DNA of 64,000 nucleotides from positions 1 through 64,000 of the forward strand of contig JAYPJE010000023.1 of the NCBI GenBank assembly GCA_038128265.1. Direction: 5' to 3'. The notes below the pieces were generated by a model. That model was not told the origin of the DNA. It saw only the letters and a list, made by a program, of their open reading frames with translations, and ran no database searches. Numbering within the stretch: the stretch's first letter is position 1; every line of letters starts with the position of its first letter. This document shows, piece by piece, positions 47,836-57,878 of the stretch. The translations under genes were made by a program, and so were the position numbers. This DNA comes from Gemmatimonadota bacterium (GTDB taxonomy: Bacteria > Latescibacterota > UBA2968 > UBA8231).

Positions 47836-50268
47836 ATGAGCTACCCTAGTGCGCTGCGATGGGCCGTCTTTGTCTCACACCTATGTGCTATTATGGCCGC
47901 GCAACCAACCGCTGCACAACGTGCCTTTCCCTCCGATGAAGCGCGCAGGGCATTCCTTCTCGATGCGCCTGGCGCCTCGCGCGATGCGCTCTATGGCTAT
48001 GGCAACCCAGCACTGCTAAACTACGTAGAAGCATTAGAAAACACCGTCGCATTCTCCTCCGCGCGTATCGGCGCCCCCCAGCTACAGTGGGGCCTGTTCA
48101 GCGGCGCACGCCAGATGGGCTTTGCTGCCGTGCGCAGCACCTGGAACAAACGGCACGTAACCGACTACCGAATTTCCCTAAGCGGCGGCGATCGTCGCCT
48201 GGGATTGGGCTTTTCCTACGGATTTAGCACGGGCGACGCGCGCGCTTTTGCACGCAAAAATCACTATGTGCTCGGCGCCTTCTACCGCCCGTCTCCGCGC
48301 TTTTCTGCCGGAGCTACCGTTACTGCGACAGCCAGCGGCAGGGACCGCGAACTGGCGCTCGACATCGGACTACGCCCGCTCAACAGCGCGCGCCTCACGC
48401 TCTTTGCCGAAGGCACCCGCGGTCGCCACATGCCTTCCTCATGGCAGCTAGGTGCCCGCGTTACTCCCGCTGCGGGACTTCACCTGGTCGCGCGCTACGG
48501 CGACAGCGGCGCCTTTGCCTTAGGTCTTGAATTGAGCATGGGCTCGGCGAGTAGCGCCGTCCAATGGCATACCGACGCCGCACGCCAACACGCTTTTAAT
48601 ACCTATGTCTTCCGTCTGGGCGGCTACGAAGAAAGCGTGGGACGCACCTTCGCCGCAGACAGCGAGCGCTTTGTGCAAATCGAGCTCGATGGGCCCGTGC
48701 GCCATCGGCGCTTCGCCCTTTTTGACGAGGGCCACGCGCTGCTGGACCTGCTATCGCTCATTGAGCGCGTGCGGCGCGACCCGCATATCGCCGGCCTGGC
48801 CATCAACGCTTCTGGACTGCAAATCGATCGCACCATGGCCTGGGAACTGCGCGAAAAGCTGCGCCAGCTGCAAGCAGCCGGCAAGCGCGTCGTCATCTAC
48901 ATTGATAGCGCAACGCTGCCCCTGTACTACCTGGTTTCTGTAGCAGACTACTTGATCATCGACCCGGTTGGCATGCTCGTATTGGAAGGCTATGTGCAGG
49001 GCAACACCTACTTGAAGGGCGCGCTCGATAAATTGGGCATCGGCGTCGATGAGTGGCGCCTGTTTGAATTTAAATCGGCCTATGAGCCCTTTACGCGCGG
49101 CGATATGTCTCCCGGCGAACGCGCACAGGCGCAGGCACTGGTCGATGACTTCTATGCACTCGCGCGCAGTGCAATCGGTCAGAGTCGCCAGATAGACGGC
49201 GATACTTTTGACGGCCTCGTCAACGGAGAGACGCTCTTCCTACCCCAAGAGGCGCTGGCCAACGGCCTGGTAGATCGCGTGGCGCGCTGGAGCGAGATCG
49301 ACCGCATTGCCAAAGCACTCGGCACGCCGCGATCCCCCTTAAAGGCCGACCGTTACCTACAGCCATCAACCCCTGTCTGGGGTCAACCGCCGCGCGTAGC
49401 CGTGGTCTATGCGCTGGGTCCCTGCGCAATGGACAGCGGCATTCGCGCGCGCCAGTTAGCCAACGATCTACGTGCCGTCTGCGAAGACGCGCAGATCGAT
49501 GCCGTCGTGCTGCGCGTCGATTCGCCCGGCGGCGAGGTATTAGCCGCAGACCTGGTAGCCGATGAGGTGCGCTCCTGCCGGGCCACCAAGCCCATTATCG
49601 CCTCGCAGAGTTACGTCGCTGCATCGGGCGGCTACTGGCTGTCGATGAACGCCGACGCCATCGTAGCAGCACCCAATACGGTTGCGGGGTCCATCGGCGT
49701 TATTGGCGGCTGGATCTATGACGCGGGCATCAAGGAAACACTCGGGCTAAGCACCGATCGCGTGCAGGTCGGCCGACACGCAGATCTGCCTTTTGGCATG
49801 ACCCTTCCCTTTGTCGGCGCGCTACCCGACCGCACGCTAAACGAGCGCGAGCGCCAGCGCGCAGAGGCCGTCATCCGCGCGCTCTACGCCGATTTTGTCG
49901 CGCGCGCAGCCGCCAACCGCGACATGAGACCCTTTGAGCTAGAGCAGCTGGCCCGCGGACGCGTTTGGAGCGGTCAGCGCGCCCTTGAACACGGTCTAAT
50001 CGACGCATTAGGCGGTCTCGACGCAGCCATCGAATTGGCTCTGCAACGCGCCGGACTGTCGGCTGAGCACGGCATTGAAGTGACCGAGGTGCCGCGCCTG
50101 CCGCCGCTCAACTACGCGCTCCTGCGACCGCGACTCATTGCCGCGCAACCGGGTCAGCTCGGGGCCTATTTACAGATGCGCCTGCGCAACAACGGCCGCC
50201 CGCTGCTTTTAACACCGGTCGAACTCTGGCCAAACACCCCTATGGAGAGCTACCCCCATGTCTACTGA
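47836..50268 (+). CDS. sppA: Signal peptide peptidase SppA (S49) with long N-terminal beta-rich domain
   Basis: Two S49 domains: YYL.S.AD, FKSA.EPF, RVDSPGG, AASGGYW, GSIGV, GRVWSG; start uncertain. Confidence 0.85.
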   Translation: MSYPSALRWAVFVSHLCAIMAAQPTAAQRAFPSDEARRAFLLDAPGASRDALYGYGNPALLNYVEALENTVAFSSARIGAPQLQWGLFSGARQMGFAAVRSTWNKRHVTDYRISLSGGDRRLGLGFSYGFSTGDARAFARKNHYVLGAFYRPSPRFSAGATVTATASGRDRELALDIGLRPLNSARLTLFAEGTRGRHMPSSWQLGARVTPAAGLHLVARYGDSGAFALGLELSMGSASSAVQWHTDAARQHAFNTYVFRLGGYEESVGRTFAADSERFVQIELDGPVRHRRFALFDEGHALLDLLSLIERVRRDPHIAGLAINASGLQIDRTMAWELREKLRQLQAAGKRVVIYIDSATLPLYYLVSVADYLIIDPVGMLVLEGYVQGNTYLKGALDKLGIGVDEWRLFEFKSAYEPFTRGDMSPGERAQAQALVDDFYALARSAIGQSRQIDGDTFDGLVNGETLFLPQEALANGLVDRVARWSEIDRIAKALGTPRSPLKADRYLQPSTPVWGQPPRVAVVYALGPCAMDSGIRARQLANDLRAVCEDAQIDAVVLRVDSPGGEVLAADLVADEVRSCRATKPIIASQSYVAASGGYWLSMNADAIVAAPNTVAGSIGVIGGWIYDAGIKETLGLSTDRVQVGRHADLPFGMTLPFVGALPDRTLNERERQRAEAVIRALYADFVARAAANRDMRPFELEQLARGRVWSGQRALEHGLIDALGGLDAAIELALQRAGLSAEHGIEVTEVPRLPPLNYALLRPRLIAAQPGQLGAYLQMRLRNNGRPLLLTPVELWPNTPMESYPHVY

Positions 50269-51370
50269 TGCACTGCAACTCTACGCCCAACTCGGCGTGC
50301 GACCGGCCATCAACGCCCTAGGCGCACGCACGCTGCTGGGCGGCTCCGAACCCCATCCCGACATCGTCGAAGTCATGCGCCAGGCCGGCCGCTACTACGT
50401 CGATATGGAAGAGCTGTTTATCCGCTCGGGCGAAGCCATCGCCGATATGATCACCTGTCCCGCCGCTCTCGTCACGCCGGGCTGCGCCGCGGCACTCGTC
50501 CTAGGCACAGCCGCCTGTCTGACCGGGGACGACCCAGATAAAATGGCGCAACTACCCAACTTACACGGCCTCAAAGACCAGGTCATAATCCAACAACCGC
50601 AGCGCTATAAATACGATCGCGTCGTGCGCATGACCGGCGTCGAGATTGTACCCGTAGGCAGCGCAACACACGTCGAGGTCGCCGATTTGGAATCGGCTAT
50701 CAGCGAGCGCACCGCAGCTATACTCTACCCCGAAATCGACGCGCCCGGTGCCTACCTCAGCGCGGAAGAAGTCATCCACATTGCCCACCGCCACGGCGTG
50801 CCGGTTATCGTCGACTCGGCCTACAAGGTCTATCCGCTCGACGGCCTGCACCGCTACGCTGAGATGGGTGCCGACCTATTCGGATACGGCGCCAAGTACT
50901 TTGGCGCTCCCAACTCGACCGGTCTGCTCTGCGGCCGCAAAGACCTGGTTGACGCGGCGCGTCTGCACAGCTTCGCCGGCTTTGAAAAACGCGACCTGCT
51001 GGGCTTTGGCCGCCCGTTCAAAGTCGATCGACAGGAAGTCTTTGGCGTCGTCGCCGCGCTGCGCCGCTGGCTCTCGCTGGACCATGACGAACGCCTGGCC
51101 GCTGCACAGCAGCGGGCGGAAAAGCTAGTTGCAGCCCTCGGTCCGCTACCTGGAGTGCAAGTCGACCAGCGCGGTTCGGGTGTTTGTCTGCACATTGGAG
51201 AAACGGCGGGCGAGCAAAGCGCTGGCGATATAGCTCAGGCCCTGCGCGATGGCTCTCCCGCCATCTGGCTCGACGCCGCAGAAGGGCAGCTGCGCCTCGA
51301 TATGATTCAGGTACACGACGGCGATGAGTCGGCTATTGCAACGCGCTTAAAGGAGGTCCTTAACGCATGA
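50258..51370 (+). CDS. SelA-like PLP-dependent enzyme (DgaE/selenocysteine synthase-like family)
   Basis: LGVRP.INA.G..T.LGGS, VIVDSA, GAKYFGAP..TG, GR.FKV; 370 aa, shorter than typical bacterial SelA. Confidence 0.8.
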   Translation: MSTDALQLYAQLGVRPAINALGARTLLGGSEPHPDIVEVMRQAGRYYVDMEELFIRSGEAIADMITCPAALVTPGCAAALVLGTAACLTGDDPDKMAQLPNLHGLKDQVIIQQPQRYKYDRVVRMTGVEIVPVGSATHVEVADLESAISERTAAILYPEIDAPGAYLSAEEVIHIAHRHGVPVIVDSAYKVYPLDGLHRYAEMGADLFGYGAKYFGAPNSTGLLCGRKDLVDAARLHSFAGFEKRDLLGFGRPFKVDRQEVFGVVAALRRWLSLDHDERLAAAQQRAEKLVAALGPLPGVQVDQRGSGVCLHIGETAGEQSAGDIAQALRDGSPAIWLDAAEGQLRLDMIQVHDGDESAIATRLKEVLNA

Positions 51371-52005
51371 GCTTCCACGTATTTGACTACCGCGAAGACA
51401 TTAAAAACCTGCTGGTAACTCCACATATCCGCGCGCGCTTTCTGCGCATTGAGCCGGGCGAAGTGCACGGCATGCACAGTCATGACCTCGGGCACGAAAT
51501 ATTCTTTGTGCTACAAGGCCGATTGACGTTTTATATCGACGGCGACGAGCAAACGCTCGGCCCCGGCCAGCTCTGTTTTGCGCTAGCCGATGAAATTCAT
51601 CAAGTGCGCAACGACGGAGATGAACCGGTGTACATGTATCTATCCGTCACCCCGCACGTGCAGCCCACACACACGGGACGCGACGCCGACGGCACGCGCC
51701 ATCCCACGCGCTTTATCGCCTCTAGCAGCTACGACGTCGAGACGGACGAGCATACGCCCATCGATGTGCTCATCGACGACGTGGCCAGCAGAGCCGAAGC
51801 GCTAGCCGCCAGCGCGCGCGCCTGTGCCGATGGGCAAAAGACCCTTGGAGACGAACTAAAAGAGGCGATACAAGGCGATGATGCCGAGCGTGCAGACGCG
51901 CTGCGCGAAGCCATGTGGGAAAAGCTGCGCCAGGCACACTGGGATCTCTACGCACTGGCCGATCGCTGGAACGACCTAGCGCCGCGCGCCGGCAAGCTGG
52001 GCTAG
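51367..52005 (+). CDS. Cupin domain protein with C-terminal helical region
   Basis: HSH....E.F.VL.G and H.VRN cupin motifs. Confidence 0.85.
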   Translation: MSFHVFDYREDIKNLLVTPHIRARFLRIEPGEVHGMHSHDLGHEIFFVLQGRLTFYIDGDEQTLGPGQLCFALADEIHQVRNDGDEPVYMYLSVTPHVQPTHTGRDADGTRHPTRFIASSSYDVETDEHTPIDVLIDDVASRAEALAASARACADGQKTLGDELKEAIQGDDAERADALREAMWEKLRQAHWDLYALADRWNDLAPRAGKLG

Positions 52006-52056
52006 GCGGCGCGAAAATGCGCGCACCATTTCCAATCGACTAAAACGGAGGATAGT

Positions 52057-53127
52057 ATGCAACGAGTGCGCCTGGGCATTGTTGGCTGCGGTGCCGTAGC
52101 GCAGGTACAGCACCTGCCTAACTTGGCCGAACTGCAGGAGGAGTTTTCCGTCGAGATCGCATGCGATCTTTCGCCTTCGCTGTCTGCTGCCGTAGCCGAG
52201 CAGTTTCACATCGCGCGCCATACGAGCGATCTCGACGAGCTATTAAACAGCGATATCGACGCCGTGCTGCTGTGCCACACGGACCCCAAAACGGCAGCCG
52301 CTGTCGCTGCTTTTGACGCCGGCAAACACGTGCTAATCGAAAAGCCCATATGCTTTTCACTGGAGGAAATGGCGCAAATAACGGCGGCCCAGCAGCGTGC
52401 CGGCACCGTGGGTATGGCCGCCTATATGAAGGTCTACGATCCCGCTTTTGAACTGGCTCAGCAGCGTGCCAACGCCATGCAGACTATTCGCTACGCGCAG
52501 ATCAACCACCTGCATACCGACAACTCACATCACCTGGCCCACTTTCGCCTGCATAGGGCGAACGACCTGCCGTCTGCACGCATAGAAGAAGCGCAGGCCG
52601 CGCGCAACGCCGCCGCCCGGCAGGCCATCGGCGACGTCACCGAATCGGTGCGCGGCGCATTCTTTCGCCTAGCCGGCAGCATGATTCACGATATTTACGG
52701 CGCGCGTGCCGTGCTCGGCGTGCCCGAGCGCGTGCTGTCGACCGAGATATGGAACGACGGCTGGGGCATTCACACGGTGCTGGCCTACGCGAGCGGAGCG
52801 CGCTGTGCGGCCACCTGGGTCGAACTGCGCGACGTGCGCGACTTCAAGGAAACGCTGGAAATCAGCGGCGACGACAGCCGCCTGCTGCTGTCTTACCCGA
52901 CGGGATTTGCGCGCGGCATTCTTTCCACCTTAGAAGTGCAGCGTCTGGACGGGCAGGGCACCCCCGTGTGCGAGCATCCGAGCATCGCTTGGGAAAGCCC
53001 TTTCGTGCGCGAACTAAAGCACTTTCACGCCTGTATTACCGCTGGCACGCCGCCGCGCACGCCGCTCGCCGATGCACGCCATGACATCGAGCTGATTATC
53101 GACATTATAGGTGCTTATTCCGGATAG
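52057..53127 (+). CDS. Gfo/Idh/MocA oxidoreductase
   Basis: GCGAVA..HLP, GKHVLIEKP, IHD; GGAGG RBS. Confidence 0.9.
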   Translation: MQRVRLGIVGCGAVAQVQHLPNLAELQEEFSVEIACDLSPSLSAAVAEQFHIARHTSDLDELLNSDIDAVLLCHTDPKTAAAVAAFDAGKHVLIEKPICFSLEEMAQITAAQQRAGTVGMAAYMKVYDPAFELAQQRANAMQTIRYAQINHLHTDNSHHLAHFRLHRANDLPSARIEEAQAARNAAARQAIGDVTESVRGAFFRLAGSMIHDIYGARAVLGVPERVLSTEIWNDGWGIHTVLAYASGARCAATWVELRDVRDFKETLEISGDDSRLLLSYPTGFARGILSTLEVQRLDGQGTPVCEHPSIAWESPFVRELKHFHACITAGTPPRTPLADARHDIELIIDIIGAYSG

Positions 53128-53150
53128 GGTATCGATACAGCAGGTCTGGA

Positions 53151-53966
53151 CTAGACTGTCTCCTTAGCCGCTTCCCAGTCTGCGCGCGCCCGCTTTTGCG
53201 CCGCGCGCCAGCGCGCCGTCACGTCACCCCCTTGCGGGTGGCTAACGATATCGTGAATCGTCGCGCGCGGCTGGTAGGGCAAGTAGAGCCCCGTATGCCA
53301 GGCCAGATTGCGATAGAGCAGAAAATCGCCGGCATTCAGATGCACTTGCACCGCACCGGGCATATCCAGACAGTGCTGTAGGTAGAAGCGCTCGGCTTCC
53401 GCATCAGATAGCCCTGCGGGCGGCCGCTGCATCGCCTCCACGCCCGTGCTTTGCTCTTCGCCCGGAACGTCGAATGAGCGAAGATGCGACCCCGGTACAA
53501 ACCACGTGCACGAGTCGGCGTAAATTGCGCAATTGACCTGGTTAAATACGCGCAAATCGTGCCAAAATGCGTTCATCTCGACCATGAGTTCCGGCGTGCG
53601 TGCCTCGGGGGGCACTTCGACGACACCGTCTCGGTGCCAGCCGCAGTGCCATGGGTGTTCGGCCGGCTCGACGAGCAGCCCCATAATATTGAGATGCGCG
53701 TGGGTATAACCCGGCCCCAGCAAGTCGGCGATGGCATCGCGCAGAGGCGGCAGCTCGACGTAGTCTCGAAAAGGCTGCAGGTCAATCCGGTCGCCGTACT
53801 GGTCCAACGGCTGAATGCGCTGCGTCTGCGGTCCATTCAATTCGTGTGCCAGCGCACGGGCGCGGTCGGCCTGACTACGCAAATCGCGCAGCAGAGAGGG
53901 CGGCACAATCCCACGAAAAATCCAGTAGCCGCGCGCGAGATATTGATCGATATCTCCCAAGCTCAC
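53151..53966 (-). CDS. PhyH-like dioxygenase (canonical HxD)
   Basis: WHRD, VPGSH, AWHTG; GTG overlaps the SDR stop. Confidence 0.85.
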   Translation of the reverse strand: MSLGDIDQYLARGYWIFRGIVPPSLLRDLRSQADRARALAHELNGPQTQRIQPLDQYGDRIDLQPFRDYVELPPLRDAIADLLGPGYTHAHLNIMGLLVEPAEHPWHCGWHRDGVVEVPPEARTPELMVEMNAFWHDLRVFNQVNCAIYADSCTWFVPGSHLRSFDVPGEEQSTGVEAMQRPPAGLSDAEAERFYLQHCLDMPGAVQVHLNAGDFLLYRNLAWHTGLYLPYQPRATIHDIVSHPQGGDVTARWRAAQKRARADWEAAKETV

Positions 53967-54751
53967 GCCCAAGCACCCTTGGCCATCAGTCCGCCGTCGA
54001 CATTGATATACGAACCCGTCATAAAAGACGCCTTGTCGCTGGCTAAAAACAGCATGGCATTGGCAATATCCACCGGCTGGCCAAACCGCCCGACAGGGTG
54101 AATTTCAGCGTAGCCTTTTTCAAACTCTTGGCGATCCATGCCCTGTGCCTCGACAAGTTCGTCGACGAGCGGCGTATCGATACCGCCCGGATTGACGGCG
54201 AGCACGCGTATATTGTGGCGCGCATACTCTAGCGCTAGCTGGCGGGTTAACGAAAGTATGCCTCCTTTGCTGGCGGCATAAGCAGAGACGCCGAGCGCCG
54301 ATTGCAAACCCTGCACGCTGGCCGTATTGAGGATCACGCCGCTGCTGCGCGCCATCATGTTCGGCACACTGTACTTGGCCATGAGAAAGTAGCTTTTCAA
54401 ATTGACGTCAATAATGCGATCCCACGTATCCTCGGGCAGCTCGTGTGCCGGCACGTAGCTATGCGTAGGCTGGATGCCGACGTTATTGCACAAAATGTCA
54501 ATACCGCCCCAGTCCGCTATGACGGTTTCGCAGACCTCTTTACACACGCCGGCATCAGAGGCATCGGACTCGAAAAAACGGATTTCACCTTCCATAGCGG
54601 CACTGTCGGCGGCCATCGCGGCACCCGCAGACGCATCGACGTCCATACAGGCAACACGCGCACCGGCCTCTGCAAAGGCACGCGTAATGCCCGAGCCAAT
54701 ACCCTTCGCCCCTCCAGTGACAATTACCGATTTATTCGCAAATTCTCCCAT
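53963..54751 (-). CDS. SDR family oxidoreductase
   Basis: TGGAKGIG, NNVG, YAASK, PGGIDT; AAGGAG RBS. Confidence 0.92.
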   Translation of the reverse strand: MGEFANKSVIVTGGAKGIGSGITRAFAEAGARVACMDVDASAGAAMAADSAAMEGEIRFFESDASDAGVCKEVCETVIADWGGIDILCNNVGIQPTHSYVPAHELPEDTWDRIIDVNLKSYFLMAKYSVPNMMARSSGVILNTASVQGLQSALGVSAYAASKGGILSLTRQLALEYARHNIRVLAVNPGGIDTPLVDELVEAQGMDRQEFEKGYAEIHPVGRFGQPVDIANAMLFLASDKASFMTGSYINVDGGLMAKGAWA

Positions 54752-54797
54752 GAAATTCTCCTTGTTGTAAAGCGTTTATACAGACGACGAGACCTGT

Positions 54798-55844
54798 CTA
54801 TATAGCCCGCAGCGCAAAGGCGAAGGCGCGCTGCCCCAGCACCGTCAGCGACAGCATGCGCTCGCAGTAAAAGATATCCGCGCGCTGTAGCGTCCGCTCC
54901 AGCAGCGCGCGCTCGCTTGTCAGCAGCACAGCGGCGGCCCCAGATCCCAAGACGCGGCGCAGTTCCGGCACGCAGCGAGCGTAGAGGTCAGCTAATTCAC
55001 CGCGCGAACCCACCTTTTTGCCAAAGGGCAGGTTACAGGCAGCCGCACCGACGCTGCCGGTATCCAGCGGCAGGTTGCAGGCATCCCAAATCCGCAGCTC
55101 AATGGGTTTGTAGCGCGGACCTATATTGCTGCGCGCCGCTTCCAGCGCATCGGGCCGCACGTCACCGCCTAGCAGTTGGCGGTAGCGAGCACACTCGCCG
55201 CGCTCGATGAGCAAAGTACCCGCACCGCACATTGGATCGAGAAATACGTCCTCTGGGCGCGGCTGCGTCATCACCACCATCGCACGCGCCACGACCGGAC
55301 GCAGCGAGGCGGCAATCGTGCTCTTTTTGTAGGTGCGATGGCGCATCGTGCGATCGGACAGGCGCAGGCCGCACAGCACTTCGCCTTCCTCTTCGAGCAC
55401 CCACACTTCCAGCAGGCCTTCTTCCGCTACGGCTTTCCATGCGGGAAAGCGACGGGACACCGCCTGCCGCACGCGCTCTTCTACGACCTTGCGCACGTAG
55501 CGCTGCCCTCCCGAACGCCGCTGCACGACCACGCGAAAGCGCATGCGTTGACCCCGGCGCGGACGGACCGCATGCAGCGCACCCAGCGCAGTATCCCACG
55601 CGGATGCGCCCTCGACCAGCGCTTCGATTTCGCGCAGGCCCTCTTTTTGCAAAGACACCTTCTGGCGCGCGACCAGCGCAAAGACGTCCTCGGCCATCCC
55701 CAACTGCAGTGCGGGCTGCACATCGCCGGGCCAGTCAAAGAATACTACACCGCGGCGCCGCTCGTCGCTGCGTCCTCCCTTATCGGCAATCTCCCGCGCC
55801 AGCAGGCCTTCAAGACCCGGCACGGTGAAGGCGTAATACGCCAT
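54798..55844 (-). CDS. THUMP-domain class I SAM-dependent RNA methyltransferase
   Basis: PGLEGLL..EI, R.Y....ASL, DPMCGAGT, NLPFG. Confidence 0.85.
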   Translation of the reverse strand: MAYYAFTVPGLEGLLAREIADKGGRSDERRRGVVFFDWPGDVQPALQLGMAEDVFALVARQKVSLQKEGLREIEALVEGASAWDTALGALHAVRPRRGQRMRFRVVVQRRSGGQRYVRKVVEERVRQAVSRRFPAWKAVAEEGLLEVWVLEEEGEVLCGLRLSDRTMRHRTYKKSTIAASLRPVVARAMVVMTQPRPEDVFLDPMCGAGTLLIERGECARYRQLLGGDVRPDALEAARSNIGPRYKPIELRIWDACNLPLDTGSVGAAACNLPFGKKVGSRGELADLYARCVPELRRVLGSGAAAVLLTSERALLERTLQRADIFYCERMLSLTVLGQRAFAFALRAI

Positions 55845-56608
55845 TACGCCTCATACAGATCGTCGAGGTCGGCAGCGGCCAGCTCCACGAGAAAAGAGGC
55901 TATGTCGGCAGCGACGCGCTCTAGGCAGTGCCGACCCTTTTCCGGCGTCGATAAACTCGGATCGCCAATACCCGTATCGTCGGTAGCCCGCAGCCAGTCG
56001 CGCTGTGTCCATACCCATCCCTCGCGCAGACCGCGAATAGTAAAGGCGTGCTCGCGGCCGTCGCCGGCCTGGTCGAGCGGCAGCACCCAATCGGGGCGCA
56101 AGTACTGCATCAAGCTGGTCTCCATCTCGTTGGCGTGGTCACCGCCGCGCTCAAACATATCGTCGCTCACCCTGCTATACCAATTCATGCAGCAGATAAA
56201 CACATCGTACTTGGGCAGCAGTTCGCGCACCATCTGGCGAAAGTCGTTACCCCCGTGACCGTTCATAATGAGCAGGCGATCGAAGCCCTGGTGCTGCAGG
56301 GACGAAACGATGTCCGACAGCACGGCCAGCTGCGTTGAAGGATTCATATTGATATCGAGCTTGACATCGAGCTGGCCCGTATTGACGCCGAAGGGCACCG
56401 TCGGCAGCACAATCGGACGCGCCCCCTGCTCCCAAGCGAGCCGAGCCGCTTCGGCAGCGATCTCATCGCACTGCACGACATCGGTCGAGTAGGGCAAGTG
56501 GTAATTATGTGCTTCGGTTGCCCCCCAGGGCAACACGGCCGTGTCGTAGCGCGTAGACTGCACCGCCTGCCAGTTGGTCTCTGCGAGAACATAGGGTCTA
56601 CCAGGCAT
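55844..56608 (-). CDS. Creatininase family protein
   Basis: PWGATEAHNYHLP..TD, NGHGGN, DHA.EMETS. Confidence 0.9.
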   Translation of the reverse strand: MPGRPYVLAETNWQAVQSTRYDTAVLPWGATEAHNYHLPYSTDVVQCDEIAAEAARLAWEQGARPIVLPTVPFGVNTGQLDVKLDINMNPSTQLAVLSDIVSSLQHQGFDRLLIMNGHGGNDFRQMVRELLPKYDVFICCMNWYSRVSDDMFERGGDHANEMETSLMQYLRPDWVLPLDQAGDGREHAFTIRGLREGWVWTQRDWLRATDDTGIGDPSLSTPEKGRHCLERVAADIASFLVELAAADLDDLYEA

Positions 56609-56688
56609 TCTCTACTCCTCCAATTGAGCGACCGCAGGCATTGTCCGCCGCGGCAATTTTTGTTTTTATACAGGAAAAAGGACCACAT

Positions 56689-57867
56689 ATGATCTGGGCT
56701 TCCGCCCTATCTACCAAAGCCAGCGCCAGCGCGGCACTCGCCGATATCAAGCGCACCGTCGACGCACAGCTCGATGGACAGCGCCCCGATCTCGTGTGCG
56801 CCTTTGTGTCTTCGCATCACGCCAGTCACTACCAGTACATTGCCCAGCAGTGCAACGCACTCTTTGAGCCACGCGTCAGCATTGGCTGCAGCGGAGCAGG
56901 CCAACTGGGCGGAGGCTGCGAAGCGGAGCAGGGGCCGGCTCTGGCCCTGTGTGCAGCCCACCTGCCGGACGTATCGATCCATCCATTCTACTGTCGCCAA
57001 GAACAGTGTCCCAACGCCGATGCCGGACCCGACGCTTGGGTTCGTTTGGTCGGAGCCGACCGCGCACACCCCGCACACTTTGTGCTGATGGCCAATCTGG
57101 CCGGCCCGCCATCTTTCGACCCGCGCCCGCTGCTGGCCGGACTCGACTTTGCCTATCCAGGCTGCACGCAAATAGGCGGGCTGGCCTCCGCTCTCGACGA
57201 CAACATCCTCTTCTTGGACGGCTCTCTGCACGGCAATGGTCTAGTCGGCATCGCGCTACAGGGCAATATACAGGTGGATGCGCTCGTAGCGCGCGGCTGT
57301 CGTCCCATCGGCAACCCCATGACGGCCAATACGTGCGAGGAAAACCTGCTGTTCCAACTGGACGAAAAGCCCGCGTCGCAGATGCTGGCCGAACTCTACC
57401 ACAGCCTCAGCCCCCAGGACCAAGCGCGCATGCGCGACGGACTGCTGCTAGGTATTGCCAGCACCGAATTAAAAGATCCGCTCGAACCGGGCGACTTTCT
57501 CATGCGCAATATCGTGCACATGGATCACGAAAAAGGCTACCTGGCCATAGGCGACGTGCTGCGCCCCGGCCAAACGGTGCAGTTTCACCTGCGCGACGCC
57601 GAAGCAGCTAGCGAAGAGCTCGACATTTTGCTGCAGGACTACTGCGCCCGCGGCGCGCGTCCCAGGGGCTCTCTGCTCTTTACCTGCACCGGGCGCGGAC
57701 AGCAGTTATTCTCCCACCCCGAACACGAATCCAAAGCCTTTTTCGAACGCGTTGGCCACGTGCCGCTAACCGGCTTTTTTTGCAGCGGTGAAATTGGTCC
57801 CGTCGGGCCGTCTACCCATCTACACGGCTACACCAGCTCGTTCGGGCTGTTTCGCCCAGCCGACTAG
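56689..57867 (+). CDS. FIST signal transduction domain protein
   Basis: IGCSG.G, IGGLAS, GCRPIG, QFHLRD, F.C.GRG, GFFC.GEIGP. Confidence 0.9.
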   Translation: MIWASALSTKASASAALADIKRTVDAQLDGQRPDLVCAFVSSHHASHYQYIAQQCNALFEPRVSIGCSGAGQLGGGCEAEQGPALALCAAHLPDVSIHPFYCRQEQCPNADAGPDAWVRLVGADRAHPAHFVLMANLAGPPSFDPRPLLAGLDFAYPGCTQIGGLASALDDNILFLDGSLHGNGLVGIALQGNIQVDALVARGCRPIGNPMTANTCEENLLFQLDEKPASQMLAELYHSLSPQDQARMRDGLLLGIASTELKDPLEPGDFLMRNIVHMDHEKGYLAIGDVLRPGQTVQFHLRDAEAASEELDILLQDYCARGARPRGSLLFTCTGRGQQLFSHPEHESKAFFERVGHVPLTGFFCSGEIGPVGPSTHLHGYTSSFGLFRPAD

Positions 57868-57878
57868 CGGAGACTCCG

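Noticed and set aside
50258..51370. Calling this gene selA
   Set aside because: Too short and lacks the SelA N-terminal domain; more like the DgaE-type branch
54765..54780. LacI/cre-like palindrome gtaaagcgtttata upstream of the SDR gene
   Set aside because: Short, imperfect, single occurrence and no regulator nearby
55176..56258. 360-aa plus-strand ORF (and similar long Arg/Ala/His-rich overlapping ORFs, e.g. 35414..36322)
   Set aside because: Antisense to well-supported genes; a typical high-GC artefact
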